Of a stretch of DNA of 64,000 nt, positions 26,201-38,796 are shown in pieces. Under the pieces are notes generated by a model that did no database searches, was not told the origin of the DNA, and saw only the letters and a program-made list of their open reading frames with translations. Origin of the DNA: Klebsormidium nitens (taxonomy: Eukaryota > Plantae > Klebsormidiophyceae); assembly GCA_000708835.1 (NCBI GenBank), contig DF237285.1, forward strand, positions 37,252-101,251, given 5' to 3'. A program made the translations under genes and the position numbers. The stretch's first letter is position 1. Each line of letters opens with the position of its first letter.

Positions 26201-29200
26201 CCTTCCTTACGAACAAAGGCAATATGCATCCTGTTGGAGGAACCCCCCACAAGCAAGTGGGAACACCTGTTCTGATCATCGTGCGCAGGGCCTCATCTTC
26301 TGCTCTTGTTGCACCAGGCGCACATAAATATAACCTCGCCGGCGAAGCCTTCGTATGCTGCCTAGTTGAGCGACCTTTTCGACATCTCGCCAGGTTCGTA
26401 CGGCAATGGGCTGGTGCACGCTCAACATCTGCGGCCACTTTGGCTCGGGGGGCTACATCTTTCAAGCGCTGGGGACCGGCCTGCAAACATAACTCACAAC
26501 AAGAGAAGAAAAGAAATCACAGAACACTTCAATACCTGACAAATCATGCACCACTTATCTAGGTGTGCACGCGATGGGTTGGTGCACGCAAAATAACTGC
26601 GGCCACTTCGGCTCGTGGGGGTAATCGTCGAAGCAGCCTGCAAAATACTCCACCGGCCTGCAAAGCACCTCGCCGAATTTCAAAAATTCTCAAATTCTCA
26701 ACATATCTATAATACTTCTAGGTGCGCACGGCAATGGGCTGGTGTGCGCACAACAACTGCGGCCACTTCGGTTCGGCGGTTGTCATCGTTCAAGCGCTGG
26801 GGGCCGGCCCGCAGTAACTCCTCAACATTAAAAAACAAGTACTATTTCAGAACAGTTCAAAAACACTTACAAATCATGTACCCCTCCTCCAGGTGCGCAC
26901 TGCAAAGGGCTGGTGCACATACAACATCTGCGGCCACTTCGGCGCAGGGGGCTTCATTGTTGAAGCGCTGGGCCGGCCCAAAAAATGACTCCACGAAACC
27001 TGCGAATCCTTCAAAACATTCGTACAAAACTTGATCTTTTCAAACTGTAGAACCACGCTGGGAACCGGCCCGCAATAACTCCTACCACAAAAAAGAGTAC
27101 TGTTCCAGAACACTTGAAAAACCCCACAAATCATGTACTCCCTCAGGTGCGCACGGCGATGGGGTGGTGCACGCACAACAACTGCGGCCACTTCGGTTCG
27201 GGGGGGTTCATCGTGTACGAGCTGGTGGGCGGTCAAGAGGAGTACCACTTCAGCGAGCTCCTGCCGATGGCGCTCATCGGCGTCGTGGGGGGGATTCTTG
27301 GTGCCCTCTACAATCAGTTGACTGCGCTGCTCGCAACGTGGCGGCGGGACGTGCTGCACCCGCGCGGCAAGCACGTCAAGGTGAGGTGTTCCTCGTGATT
27401 CCCAAAATGGAGAATCTGAGGATTGTTGTGGCTTTCGCGCTTTCAGAGATCTAGATTGTTGCGCTGTGTGAGGTGATTTCGGCGCGCCGTGCAAGTAGGT
27501 TCGAGCGCTGCTCGCCACATGGCGGAGGGACCTGCTGCACCCGCGAGGCAAGCACGTCAAGGTAGGGCCAGAAGGTTCTGCTTAATTTGCTGTTGAAATG
27601 TCCGTTTCAGAATCTATGAAAGCTTAGGCACTCCGGCGTGCTCTTGAAGTACATCAAGCGCTGCACTTTCAATGATAACATGACTGCTTGGGGGCTCCCT
27701 TCGTTGGCCTTTCAGATTGCTTATACAACTTCACTCTTATCATGGACGTGGAAACTTCTGTTAGAAAATTTTGTGGTTGAGGAAAGACACAAAACCACTG
27801 CTTGCATTGCAAAATCTGCGCAGCTTTCACCAGGTGCTGATAGGGCAGTGTGGTTCCGCAATGTGCTCGCAAATGAGAACCCGAAAGACTTGGAACCCAT
27901 GCACTTCTCCAAGCCACTTTGTCCGCCTCGCAGGTGATGGAGGCGTGCGCGGTGGCGCTGCTGACGTCACTCTGCTCCTTCTGCCTGCCCCTGCTGACGA
28001 CCTGCACCCCGTGCCCCGACCCCGAGAAGTTCCCGGACGTGGAGTGCCCCCGTCACGACACGTACTTCGGCAACTTCGTCAGCTTCAACTGCGCCTCGGG
28101 GGCCGAGTACAACGACCTCGCCACGCTCTTCTTTAATACGCAGGTCGGGGCGGACGCTCTTTTCCACTTGCTGTTTTGCTGTCGCTTCTGACTATCTGTT
28201 GCGGGGCACTCCTCTCCGGATTTGTCCTCTTCCTTCCTGAAGTCTGTTGGATTCTTGGCTTTCGGGTTTATATTCCCTCGACTTTGGTCAATGGATCCCT
28301 CACAAACGTCGACGCCTCACGCTCTGTGTTACTGTCTACCCACGGTGGCAGAATCGTGAAAACATTACGAACCCTGCACTTTGGGACGTCAGGTTTTGTT
28401 TGCAGGACGGCACGTTCGGCTAGTTTTTCTGCTCGCATACGTACCAGAAGTACACGGTCCTTGCGTTTTTCCAGTTTTTGCAGCGGATCCTCGGGCGGCA
28501 ATTCAAGTTGGAAAAGAACATCTCATGACAATCTGAAGCCATGGGAACCTGATCGCACGACGACACCAACCGCAACCTGTTCAGCACGCGCACGTACTAC
28601 GACTACGAGTAAAACAGCTGCACACCATCCTCGCATTTTTCATCACTTGCGCCAGATCCAGGGGCGGCAATTGAAGAAGGAAACTCTCAAATCTATCGGA
28701 TCCTTTCGCAGGACGACACGGTCTACAACCTGTTCAGCACTTGCGAGTCCTGCGAGGAACGCTCCTCGCCCTTAGCATTTCCCGCCTGATTCTAGGGCCG
28801 CAGCATCACCCAAAGAAAGTAAAATAGCCGAATCCCCAGGCTTCTCTTTGCAGGACGACACGATCCGCAACCTGTGCAGCACGCACGTACCACTAATACA
28901 CGACTTTCATCGCCTAACAAAACTTTGGGTCGCCAGTTACCGACAAACCCCACGAAAAGTATAATTTCAATTCTAGGATCCTGTTTGCAGGATGACACGA
29001 TCCGCAACCTGTTCAGCACGCGCACGTATCACGAGTACTCCCCGCACACGCTCCTCGCGTTCCTCGTCATCTTCTACACGCTCTCCGTCGTGACCTTCGG
29101 GATCGCGGTCCCCGCCGGGCAGTTCGTACCGGGCATCATGGTCGGGGCGACGTACGGACGATTAGTCGGCATGCTAGTGGTCCACGTGTCGACCCGGGAG

Positions 29201-32200
29201 GACATCGACGAGGGCACGTATGCGCTGCTCGGCGCGGCGTCGTTCCTGGGGGGGTCCATGCGCATGACCGTCAGCCTGTGCGTCATCATGGCGGAGATCA
29301 CGAATAACCTGAAACTGTTGCCGTTGATAATGCTGGTGTTACTGGTTGCGAAGGCGGTGGGGGACGGGTTCACGCGCGGGTTCTACGAGGTGCACGCGGC
29401 GGTGAAGAAGATCCCGCTGCTGGAGCCGCACGCGAAGCGCTTCATGCGGGAGTTTACGGCGCGGGATGCGGTTAATCGGCAGGTGAGCGTGAACATGTTT
29501 GAGACGTCGGAATCTCAGGTTTCGATGTTTAGGGCTTTCAATATCTAAGAATTGTGGGCTTAACATCCTACGGGGTCCATACGGCAGTGAAAAAGGTTTC
29601 GTTGCTAAAGCCGCACATAAAGCGGATCCTGCGGGAGTCACAGCGCAGGTCAACCGGCAGGTGAGCGGGTTTAGTTTCAAGTGTCAGTTTAAAGCTTCAG
29701 GTTCAAAGGTTGTTGGTCTGGGCTTCTACGAGGTTCATACGGCGGTCAAGAAGATTTTGCTGCTGGAGTTGCACGCAAAGCGTTTCAAGCGCAATCTCTT
29801 GCCGCAAAGGATCTCGTAAATGGGCAGGTGAGCATTACGATTTGTGTGGTCGAGGAAGTATAGCATAGGTGACCATGTAGTGAAGTGAACGAGCAAAATG
29901 AAGGGCAGACACATAACCAAAGATTACACCAAAGAAAGAGGTCCAACAAAAAAGAGCACAGAAATAACAATGCCGAGAACAGCGAAATGGAGCATCACCT
30001 CGCAGGTGGTGCCGCTGTCGCGCATCGAGCGCGTGGGTCACATCGTGTCGGTGCTCCAGCGGGAGAACCACCACGCGTACCCCGTGCTGCAACAACTCCC
30101 GGGCGGGGAGGCCGCGCTGCTCGGGACCGTGCTGCGCAGGTGGGCCGCACAAGTACTTTCTTTTTTTGTCGAACCGATATTTTCCATTTTGTAGTGTCAA
30201 GGTTTGGCTATCATTGGGCTGTCCTTGTTTTGAGCATCAGTGCACAATATTGTTCCCATGAGGATGCGGGCAGTGCTCAGGGTCGCAGTGTGCAGGTGGC
30301 TAGCATTCCTCGCTTTTCCTTCGATTTTGGCGCCACGTGTCTTCATTGATGCTTGATTTTGTCACCATGTTCTTTCCCGTGAGAAGCCGTCTTGCTCTTC
30401 GCCTTCGTCGTGATTGCGAAGCAATGCAACATTCGTTTCTTATAATCCCGTGCGTAGTGTCAGAAAGTAAGATTGATTGCAGTCAGGAGGTCACCGTATT
30501 CCAGGGACGAAGGAGGAAACGAGTGAAGAGCAGAAGCGAAGAAGTGCATGGCCCCGCATGCATGAAGCTGCGAGAGTGTGTTTTCTTTTGTCCTTCCCCT
30601 ACCAATGCCCCTTCCTTGCCCTGCAGTCACCTGATATCACTCCTCATCGCTCGGCGGGATTTCCACGCGTCACCAGCGGAAGCGGCCGCTGAAGGCACGC
30701 AAAGGTATTTTTGTGGGGCCCGGCTAGGATTGCGCTTCGTTGCGATCCGGCTAGTATTGCGCTTCTTTGCCATCGAATGATGGTGATATCCTTTTGGGAT
30801 CCGGTCAGAGTTGCTTTGGCTGCACCCTTGACAAGCGGACATGGTTGCAATTGGTTAGCTTCTTGATCACTGTGCATGACTCTGATTCGTTCTGACTCAA
30901 TCAGGGCTCAACCGCGGAGGATATTATTCACACTTGGGTCTTCGAATCTCACAACCATCAGACAATGGAAGTCAGTGTCAACTCATCTACGCATGGATTC
31001 CAGTTTAATTGAAACATCGAAAGCATTGAAGTACCGAGTGAGTGAACCTTTTCACCTGAATACCTTCAAACCATTATGCCTTTCACCCCAGCGACGCACC
31101 CATCCATATCAGCAAGCATGTAGACTTTACGCTAAGTTTGTCTTCGTGGTTTTGGTGCCTAAGAAGCTGGATTTGAACCCTTGTGCAGTTACTATGTGAG
31201 CAATAACACCAGGCTCTTAATGTTCCTGGATTCTATAAGTCCTGGACCCCCAATCTGTTGCAGGTACGACGTGACCGACTTCTCGAAGCCTGTGAGCAGC
31301 CACGGTCGCGATATCGAGGACGTGCACCTCTCCCCCGAAGAGCGCGCCATGTTCCTGGACTTGCTACCCTTTGTCAACGCGTCGCCCTACTTCGTCTCCG
31401 AAGACATGGCGCTCAACAAGGTGACGCACCGCTTCTCAGTGGACTGCACTATTGCCTTTGCCGTTTCCTCGCTTTCCTATATTTCGATCCCTCCTCTGTT
31501 CTGTTCCTTCTTTTCCGTTTCCCCCTCTCAATCGTGACGTCATCCTACTTGACATTGCGCTCAACAAAAAACGCACCGCCTTGCAGAGGACAACACTGCT
31601 CCGCCGTTTCTTTTGTGTTCACTTTCTTTTCTCCGCTTTTCTGTTCCTTCTCTTCTTCATTCTTCTTCTCGCTTTTAAGGGCGCCCTATTTCGTCTCCGA
31701 AGACATGGCGCTCAACGAGGTGACGCGTCCCTTCTCGAGGATGACGTTTTCCTTCCCGCCTTCTTGTTTCCACTTCCGCAAACGTTGCCCTTCTCCTTTT
31801 TCTGACTGGAGTCCAGTGCTTTGACGCTACACAGGTGCTAGGGTCTTAGGAGTACTGCATGCCAGGAAAACGCACATGCCAGGAAAACGCAGAGAATCAA
31901 GTGCGCGTCTTCAAGAGGTTTCTGCTCCATCGCTCAATTTCTTGCACACGTGTAAACCGAGTGTTTTCAACGGTTTTTCTCGGCTGACTCGTTCCGCCGG
32001 TGCCGCTCCGCTGACTCGTTTCAGCTGCTCCCAGCTCTGCTCCTGCCACCGAGGGCTGCGTCACATGAAGGCGTTACGTGAGGAAGCAGCGGCCGTGTTG
32101 GATTCGCCTCATCAAACTTCTTTTTTCGCTTTCTGCTGAGATTCTACGTTTCCTTTTTCTGCTCCCAGGTCTACTCCCTCTTCCGCCACCTAGGGTTGCG

Positions 32201-32444
32201 TCACCTGATGGTCGTCCCGGCGCCGTCGCACGTGTCTGGCGTCATCACGCGAAAAGACTTACTACACGAAGTGCTGGAAGAAAAGGTGATGGGGTCTCAG
32301 GACGGCTCGCGGAGACCCAGAATACAGCAGCTCATGCGTAGGAAACGACGACGAAGCGAAAACGGGGGGTCGGAAGCCGGGGTTGCGAGGTCGCCGCATG
32401 TCGCGAGCAGCTTGCTCGACGAGGAGTCGGATTTGGAAGTGTAG
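23287..32444 (+). CDS. CLC-d: Voltage-gated chloride channel / anion-proton exchanger, CLC family, CLC-d-like, about 12 exons
   Basis: Spliced motifs: [116 protein letters not shown], then CBS domains ([16 protein letters not shown]...GVITRKDL). It ends ESDLEV* at 32444. The GSGIP serine-to-proline context and the GKEGP gating glutamate are present. Confidence 0.96.
26391..27146 (+). repeat. Degenerate ~160-170-bp tandem repeats copying the intron end and start of the downstream CLC exon
   Basis: ag|gtgcgcacggc-atggg-tggtgcacgc-caaca-ctgcggccacttcgg occurs at ~26391, 26561, 26720 and 26891; the true exon starts at 27147. Each copy is preceded by the intronic agaacac...acaaatcatg(t/c)ac. Confidence 0.88.
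28401..28990 (+). repeat. Degenerate ~140-155-bp tandem repeats copying the acceptor and start of CLC exon 28991
   Basis: gcag|gacgacacg..cgcaacctgttcagcacg occurs at ~28401, 28551, 28708 and 28851; the true exon is tgcag|gatgacacgatccgcaacctgttcagcacg at 28991. Confidence 0.85.
29620..29835 (+). repeat. Intronic copies of the 3' end and donor of CLC exon 28991-29482
   Basis: ggcag|gtgagc donor copies at 29661 and 29828; 29720-29830 mirrors ttctacgaggtgcacgcggcggtgaagaagatcccgctgctggag... Confidence 0.8.
31551..31730 (+). repeat. Intronic copies of the 3' end and donor of CLC exon 31264-31420
   Basis: cgccctatttcgtctccgaagacatggcgctcaacgag|gtgacgc at ~31682-31727 versus the true cgccctacttcgtctccgaagacatggcgctcaacaag|gtgacgc; a partial copy lies at 31551. 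Confidence 0.85.
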
Positions 32445-33130
32445 AGTCAGAGCATGACCCGTTGTTGTATATTTGCAATTCGTGTATACGTCTGATGGAA
32501 TTCTGCTGGCGGTTCTATGAGTCAGATTACGCAGGCCGTTGCTCACAACCGGCGGCTGGCAACCTTTTGCAGCCGCCCCCTTCTCATGAAAGCTTGTACA
32601 ATGCGCCACTGTCGGTTGGCTCAAACTCACCATTCCTCCGAATCGACCGTACTGTACATAAGCTGGGGATCAACAACATGCCCGCGGGTGGTCTTTGGTA
32701 CTATGTATAGCATTCCGTGTGCATGCAACCTGCTCAACGTGTCTGTTACCTATGAATGATCGATATCTGAAAAAGTTAGACTTGATTTCATCAGTAAGTT
32801 CATTTACGGTACAGGCTTTACATATGTCGCTCACACCTTTTGTAGCGCTGATAGCTGAGCTACATGCCACCTGTGTTGGAATGCGTGACGTGGCCAATTC
32901 ATTGATTGCAAGCGCGGGCCTGCGCACACATTAACATTATTTCAAATTCGAGCATCTCCAAAATAGTCGTTGGTGCAATTCCCACATGCCGGCGCGGACA
33001 TGCTTACAGGGGCGCATGTTATGAATCGAATATATGGTATACCAGGTGCTAGCTTAATTGTGTTGTCTTGAATGAATTGATGTATTGCGTTGGTTTCCGA
33101 TTTCGTGTGCACAACGTATACGAAGAAAGG
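32389..33130 (+). repeat. Copy A of a ~740-bp diverged direct duplication (last CLC codons plus 3' region)
   Basis: Starts ggtcgccgcatgtcgcgagcagcttgctcgacgaggagtcggat and is collinear with 38797-39530 through shared blocks (tgtatacgt, gcgggcctgc, tggtatacc(a/g)ggtgct, acgaagaaag); offset about 6.4 kb. Confidence 0.8.
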
Positions 33131-35120
33131 CTTTAAATCTCTGCAGCCATATGGCGGCGAAGTTGCCGGCGCGGCCGGCCTCCGGCTGCAATCGCGGCCG
33201 CGTTCGGCCGGGCCACCATACTGTAAACCCCTGCATATAACCCCTTTGCAGAGACTCGGCCGCCGGCGGTTGCAGCCCGGCCGCGGCGGCTGTACGTCGC
33301 GCGGACACCTCGCCTTTCATGGTGCATTGGAAAGCTGGAGCATGTGTCGCCTCTACTAGGCTCTATCTGCTGACCAACCTGAGTCCCCAACCTCGCTAGC
33401 AGGGCTGCCAATAGGTGCCAAATTCCCTGAGTGCATTACTGATCTGCTCTTTTGAGTTCCCCTTACAAAGTTACTAGCATTATTCTGGCTTCCTGCTTTC
33501 AAAGATTGAGCGAAGTGAGTGAGCCACCGTGGGGTCTGCGCCATATCCAAGACGTAGAAGAGACGCAAATTCAAACGAATTCAGAATGGTTGACATTCAG
33601 CCAGCTAGCTGCTGATCTCTCGAAAGCTCATTGCCAGCGCTCGAAAGGCTCATATCATCTCTAAGAAGCTGAGCAGAGAGCACATGTGGCCCCTTTGATT
33701 TTCTATAAAAGTAGCAACGCTTCAGCTTGATCTCAACGCACCCAGCCACAACTCCATCTGGAAACTGGGCATCGTTCCAGCATGCATGAACCTATCTTGT
33801 GACAGGTGACCAAATAGGAGCCAATCGCTGTAGCAATAATATTACCATGGATGGGATTCATGCTGGGCCGATGAGCCGTTGCACGCGGGTTGTGGGGCTT
33901 GGACGATGTTGGAAGAGCGCCCCCTTCCTGCAACAGCGCTCTAATGATGTGGCCAGGGTGGCCAGCAAGCACTTAATCTGTCCACCAGCGAGGGTCTCCG
34001 TGGCAATGCTAGAAGGTCAGCCTGACACTTTCGACGTATGCAGAGCCTCGGTTTTCGAGCCAAATGAGCATGTCCTTGTTGTCTGCCACAGCCAATGGAC
34101 CAAAGTCGAGCTTTCGACTGCAGATCCAACTTCTCGCACTTTGTACAGTTGTGTATCAGTTGTGTCGGCCACGTTTGACCTCAGAATATGCACCAGTGCA
34201 GATTTTTCAAAGCCTCAGCGGCCAGACTGCTGAGGTCAAGATGACAGAGGTCACAACGCCACGCTGACATCATTGGGAGAGACCGATTTGTTATGTATAT
34301 AGAAAGATCAAGTCGTAGCATGCGTATTTGAAGAGCCCGCCCTAGAAACTACCTGCCAGAATCAAATTCGATACTCTTGCAACAGGACTTTCCTTCTCTT
34401 CTTTTCAAGCAGTATTGTTTGTACAAGAAGCTGCAAAATCTCCATGCAAGTCTTCTAATTAGAACAGCAATTTGTCTTGCCAATTGTCTGACAGGGCATC
34501 TTGCAGAATTGCAGATTCAGTCTCGCCTTATGAACCACCAGACGATACTACGACAGGAAGAAGGCGCCAAGGTCTAGGCGTCAAAGAGCTAAACGGGTGG
34601 AGAAGACGAGAAAATCAGTACCTTCAAACAGAAAGAAAGGTGCAGACAGTGACCCTGAGGCGAAACCTTACATGATCAAGAGGACTGGATGACACGAGGC
34701 AATCGAGGTAGTTGTGGTGTGCTTTAATCATTGACGGGCTCTCTGGACCTGATCCATGATAGATGCTCGACAATCTGCTAAGCTGGTGCCAGTGTTTATC
34801 GAAAGACATGGTCGGACTTACAGTTGAGCATCTGGCCTCGCTTTGAGATCAAAGCTAGAACTCTTTGTTCTTATACAGAGCGACTTACGTCAGCTGGAGC
34901 TTCCAAGGCCGTCCAAGGTGGGCCTCTTCATTCGGACCACCGTCAATGTGATCTTCCTTTTCCTCCCATGATTTTTGAAAGTGTGACATCAGCTCACTTG
35001 TCTTGTGGTTTATGAGGTGCTGGATGATGTAGTGAACTCTGCAATTTTACGTTGCTTCAAAACTGCTGTTTTCAAAACTGTAATTGTGCCACCAGAATCC
35101 AATCGTCTTCTCTTTCTCAG

Positions 35121-38100
35121 CCCTTCAAGCCTATGCTGAGTTCATCGTCAGAGTCGACACCGTCAGTGGCGCCATTGAGGTGCCACCCGATCTGCCATTG
35201 GAGATCCCCCCGGGTCTAAGCAAGAGCATCATGATCCGTCCGTGCTACCTCCTGGTGCTGAAGAAACTCGGAGCCCTCGGCAATTCCTTCGCTCTGGTGC
35301 TCAGCGGCTCGCCAGGCATCGGAAAGTCCGCTTTCTCCGTTCTGCTTTTGCAGTACTTGGCAAAGAGGGGGGCAAAAGTGGCTTACAGGTATGCAATGCA
35401 CCATTCCTGGCTGACTGTGTAGTTGCTTGCTTGCCTTATGTTGTAATTCGCTGAGCAACTTGCTAGCAGACCTTCCGCATTGTTTGAGTCCAAATTTCCT
35501 GGTATCACCAGTTGAAGTCTGCTGTTGCAGGTACAAGGACGTGTGGCTTGGAGACACCGTCGTCTACTTTGACTTTTCGGACCTCTCCTCAATTTTCGTC
35601 AAGGTGGCTTCCGTGAACACTGTTCATTGGATCGCTCTTCTTGGTAAGCATGGGGTGTGGAGCATGATACGGCAGTGACGAATCTCTTTTGTGGGGCGGA
35701 GTGATGACCTGCTGGCTCAATTACAATTCCAAAACTGTGGGGCAAGGTGCCATGATGAAGAATGTATGCTGAAAACGAGCAGGTTTTGATTGTGTACTAT
35801 GACTATGTGAGCTGCTCACAAAGTGCCTGGTTACGGCCTGGTCACCAACGATCAATTTAATGATAAAGAAAGAGAGTGCCGTTTCGCTGTAGTAGCCGGC
35901 ACCCTCTTCGTTTCGCCACGTTCCCCCCCACCTTTCTGACCAATCTTATTACTGTATTTTGCACCCTTTACGTCTTGTACTTTTCTGCCCCCCCTTATGT
36001 GCGGCTCTCAAAAGAATTCTGAAGCCCTCTCTTCTCGCACTCCCTCCCCCCTCCCCCCCTTTGACTATTATTCCTCCAGAATCGGGTCCCTTTCTCTTCC
36101 TTTCTCTTCCTCCTTCCTTCAATACCCGTCTATTGGTAGTACTCTTGCCCCCGTTCATCCCTCACTTTCAACCCTGCCCCGGGGCCAATCTCTTTTTAGG
36201 ATCCCGGGCCCTTTTCCTCTCTTACTCCCCAAAACCCCCCGTTTTGCAGTCGATACCTTCGAAAAACTCTGGGCCCTTCTCTTCTCTCATCCCCTCCCAC
36301 TTTGCGGCCAATCTCTTTGTAGGATTTCAGGCCCTTATCTGACTGTCTCCCACCCCCTTATGGCCGATTTCGTTCTTACCCCTGGATTCAACGGGAAAGA
36401 AATGCCTTTGCTCCTGTCATGCAGGACTTGCTCGAGACGAATCAGTCTGGCAGATCCAGGACGGACAAGCCCCTCGGGCGCAGTCGCTGGCCAGAGGTCG
36501 CCACATCGTCCTGTCCTCATCAAACGTGGACGACTTCAGAGAGTTTGCCAAGGGGAAGTGAGTGTAAATCGAAACGAATTGCTGAGTTCTCCATTCTTGT
36601 GGAAGAGCCGTCTAACCGGAATCTTTGTCCACATTGATCTATTTCGGGGGTTAACGAAAACTGACGAATGCTTGAAGAAGAGGCACCACCTTGAAAAGAT
36701 CGGCAGGCGCCTCCTTTCATTGCTGGATTGTTGGTAGGCACTCGTTGTTAAGAATTTTGACGACAGCAGTCCCTCAGCGTGTCCACCACAGTTAACCCCT
36801 TCTCTTGTCCGCAATCAGGCGCGAGACAACCTTTCAACCGTCACCACGATGTGTGGAACCCTCCTTTGCACTCTACGTCCGGTCATTAAACCCAACTTAC
36901 ATGGTGCTGCAGCCGGTGTGAGGTATGGTGGCTACCGGTTTGGTCGCTCGAAGAGCTGCAGCAGTGTCGCCGGCTACTCTTCCCCCATGTTTCGGAACAA
37001 GTCATGGAGTCCCGGTTTTTGGAGTTCGGAGGCCTTATCAGGTTCGTGCTGGCGAACCCGAAGGCCTCGTTCCAGAAGCTCGCCGCCACTTTGTCGGCCG
37101 AGCAGGCGTTCTCGCTGTACCACTTGACGCTCGCTTCCGTGGAGAGCGACGTCAGGCACGTCTTCGCGCACATTGCGGTAAGCAAGCCCATCTGAGCCAC
37201 TTTTTTGGTTGGGAACGTATCCAGCCTAGAGGGCATGCTGTTCCGCTCGGGCAGGAACGGAAACGTGAGCACCGATTGCCGTCGCATCCACGCCTCGTGA
37301 TCGTCTATCAACGAAGGAGTGTTCCCGAAATGGGCAGAAACCCCATTCATATATCGCCGATACCAATCTGGGGGTCCGGAATTCTGGCTAATGGTCTGAT
37401 GCTCTAAGGTGGTTAGCGCGCTGGTCTGTTGAAGTGACGCCGCTACACGCCGCTACACTGCAATCATGAGAAGAGCAAGTTTTGCCTCGGTCTGCCCGCT
37501 TTTCTTTGACCCCGCTTTTTGAAACCGTGACAATCAGCATGTACCGGCTCTTGGAAGAAAACCTGATTGAGCTGATTGAGCTGTACGGCTGGTCAGCCCG
37601 GCTGCCGGTGGTAGGGCACGTCAACGTTTGCCTTCCAAAACATTCCCTCCGCTCGATCTTTTAATGCTGTACGTCGCAGCCGTCGTTCCGTGTGACGACG
37701 CTGCGGTCAGGTTGTGACGTCAGCAAGGAGGTTCGTGCAGCAGGTCTACGCCCAGACTTACGCTGTGCATTGTTCTTGCAACATGTTTAACGAGCTTCGG
37801 GTCCGTGTGCAGGTTGACGACAACCTGGACAGAACGGGATACTTCCTCGGCTCTCCCGACATCAAGGAGCTCGTCTTTGCCAAGTCTCAAGCGGGCCAAT
37901 GGCAAGGCTTAGTGGAAATGCTGCACGCTGGCGCGAAGGAAACGGAACTGGGCAGGATGTCGGGTGAAGCGCTTGAAACATACGGACATGCAGTGCTTCT
38001 CCGAGGGTTAGACCTGGACAGCGAAGACGTTCGGCAGATCTTCAGGCAGGGCCCCGAGTGGCGGCCAAGGCTGACAGGAGAACTGACTTCCGCACAGATG

Positions 38101-38628
38101 CAGACAATCGCGGAGATTCGGGAGTCCTTGCGGGGCCCTAAAACCCTGGTTTGGGATAGTCCGAGCAAAGTCTACGATCTGCCGGAGCTCACCCAGACAT
38201 ATGTGCAACCTATCACGGCAACCAACGAGTCCTGGGACTCGTTGATCTGCTCGGGAGATGCAACGGTAAACGCCGTCCAGTTCACGAGGAACACAAGGCA
38301 CGGGACGAAGGTGGGCGGAATCCAAGAGCTCTTGCGACGACTCCGTGCAAGTTGTAAGAAACTGAGAATTTTCCATGCCGTCCCGGCGGAAGTGTATGAT
38401 ACGTACACGTGGCAGCCTTGGGTTGGCGAACGAGCGGTCCAAAGAAAGAACAAGAAAGGGGTTGAGGAGATGGTCTCCAAAGTGGGGACTTTGTCGGAGG
38501 ATCAGGTGCCCACGGAGCTCAGAGGGATAGAGCAGTGGGTCGTGAAGCTTAGGTTGCCCGAGCCAGGTAGTGATACCCCAAATTTAAGCAGAGCATTCTA
38601 TTACGGTGAAATCTACGAATCGGACTAA
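35121..38628 (+). CDS. Crinkler/RHS (CR)-effector-like protein: P-loop NTPase + C-terminal restriction-endonuclease-fold domain; N-terminus unresolved
   Basis: Frame-consistent exons 35121-35388 (IMIRPCY...LVLSGSPGIGKS, Walker A), 35531-35643, 36425-36557 (WQIQDG...HIVLSSSN...FREFAKG), 36913-37176 (WLPVWSLEEL...FGGLIRFVL) and 37814-38628 (QPITATNESWDSL...VQFTRNTRH...IFHAVP). This is the motif order of CR-NTPase + CR-REase proteins. Confidence 0.8.
35940..36360. repeat. C/T-rich degenerate tandem repeat (~120-125 bp) in a CR-gene intron
   Basis: ggggccaatctctttttaggatcccgggccctt (~36181) versus gcggccaatctctttgtaggatttcaggccctt (~36304), in strongly pyrimidine-skewed sequence. Confidence 0.55.
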
Positions 38629-38796
38629 AGGTCAAGCAGACGTTCGTATTAAAACTAAGCTCCTAGCACCAGACGTCAATCGCCAAGGTCTTTGTAAGTG
38701 GATCCTGGAACGGCAGAACGAAACGTCGAATCATGCGGACTCATTTAAGTACCTGTTTCGCAATAGAGAACGAGACTATCACAACTCTTGACACTT

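Noticed and set aside
26391-28990. Regularly spaced repeats resembling a CRISPR-like array
   Set aside because: The units are degenerate copies of the CLC exon boundaries in a eukaryotic intron, with no constant repeat/unique spacer structure and no cas genes.
33799-34675. Possible 5' exons of the CR gene (ORFs 33799-34233, 34472-34675)
   Set aside because: I could not build a convincing phase-consistent chain or recognise a header domain, so they were left out of the CDS call.
35997-36737. 246-aa ORF
   Set aside because: It runs through a C/T-rich intron and crosses a CR exon in the wrong frame.
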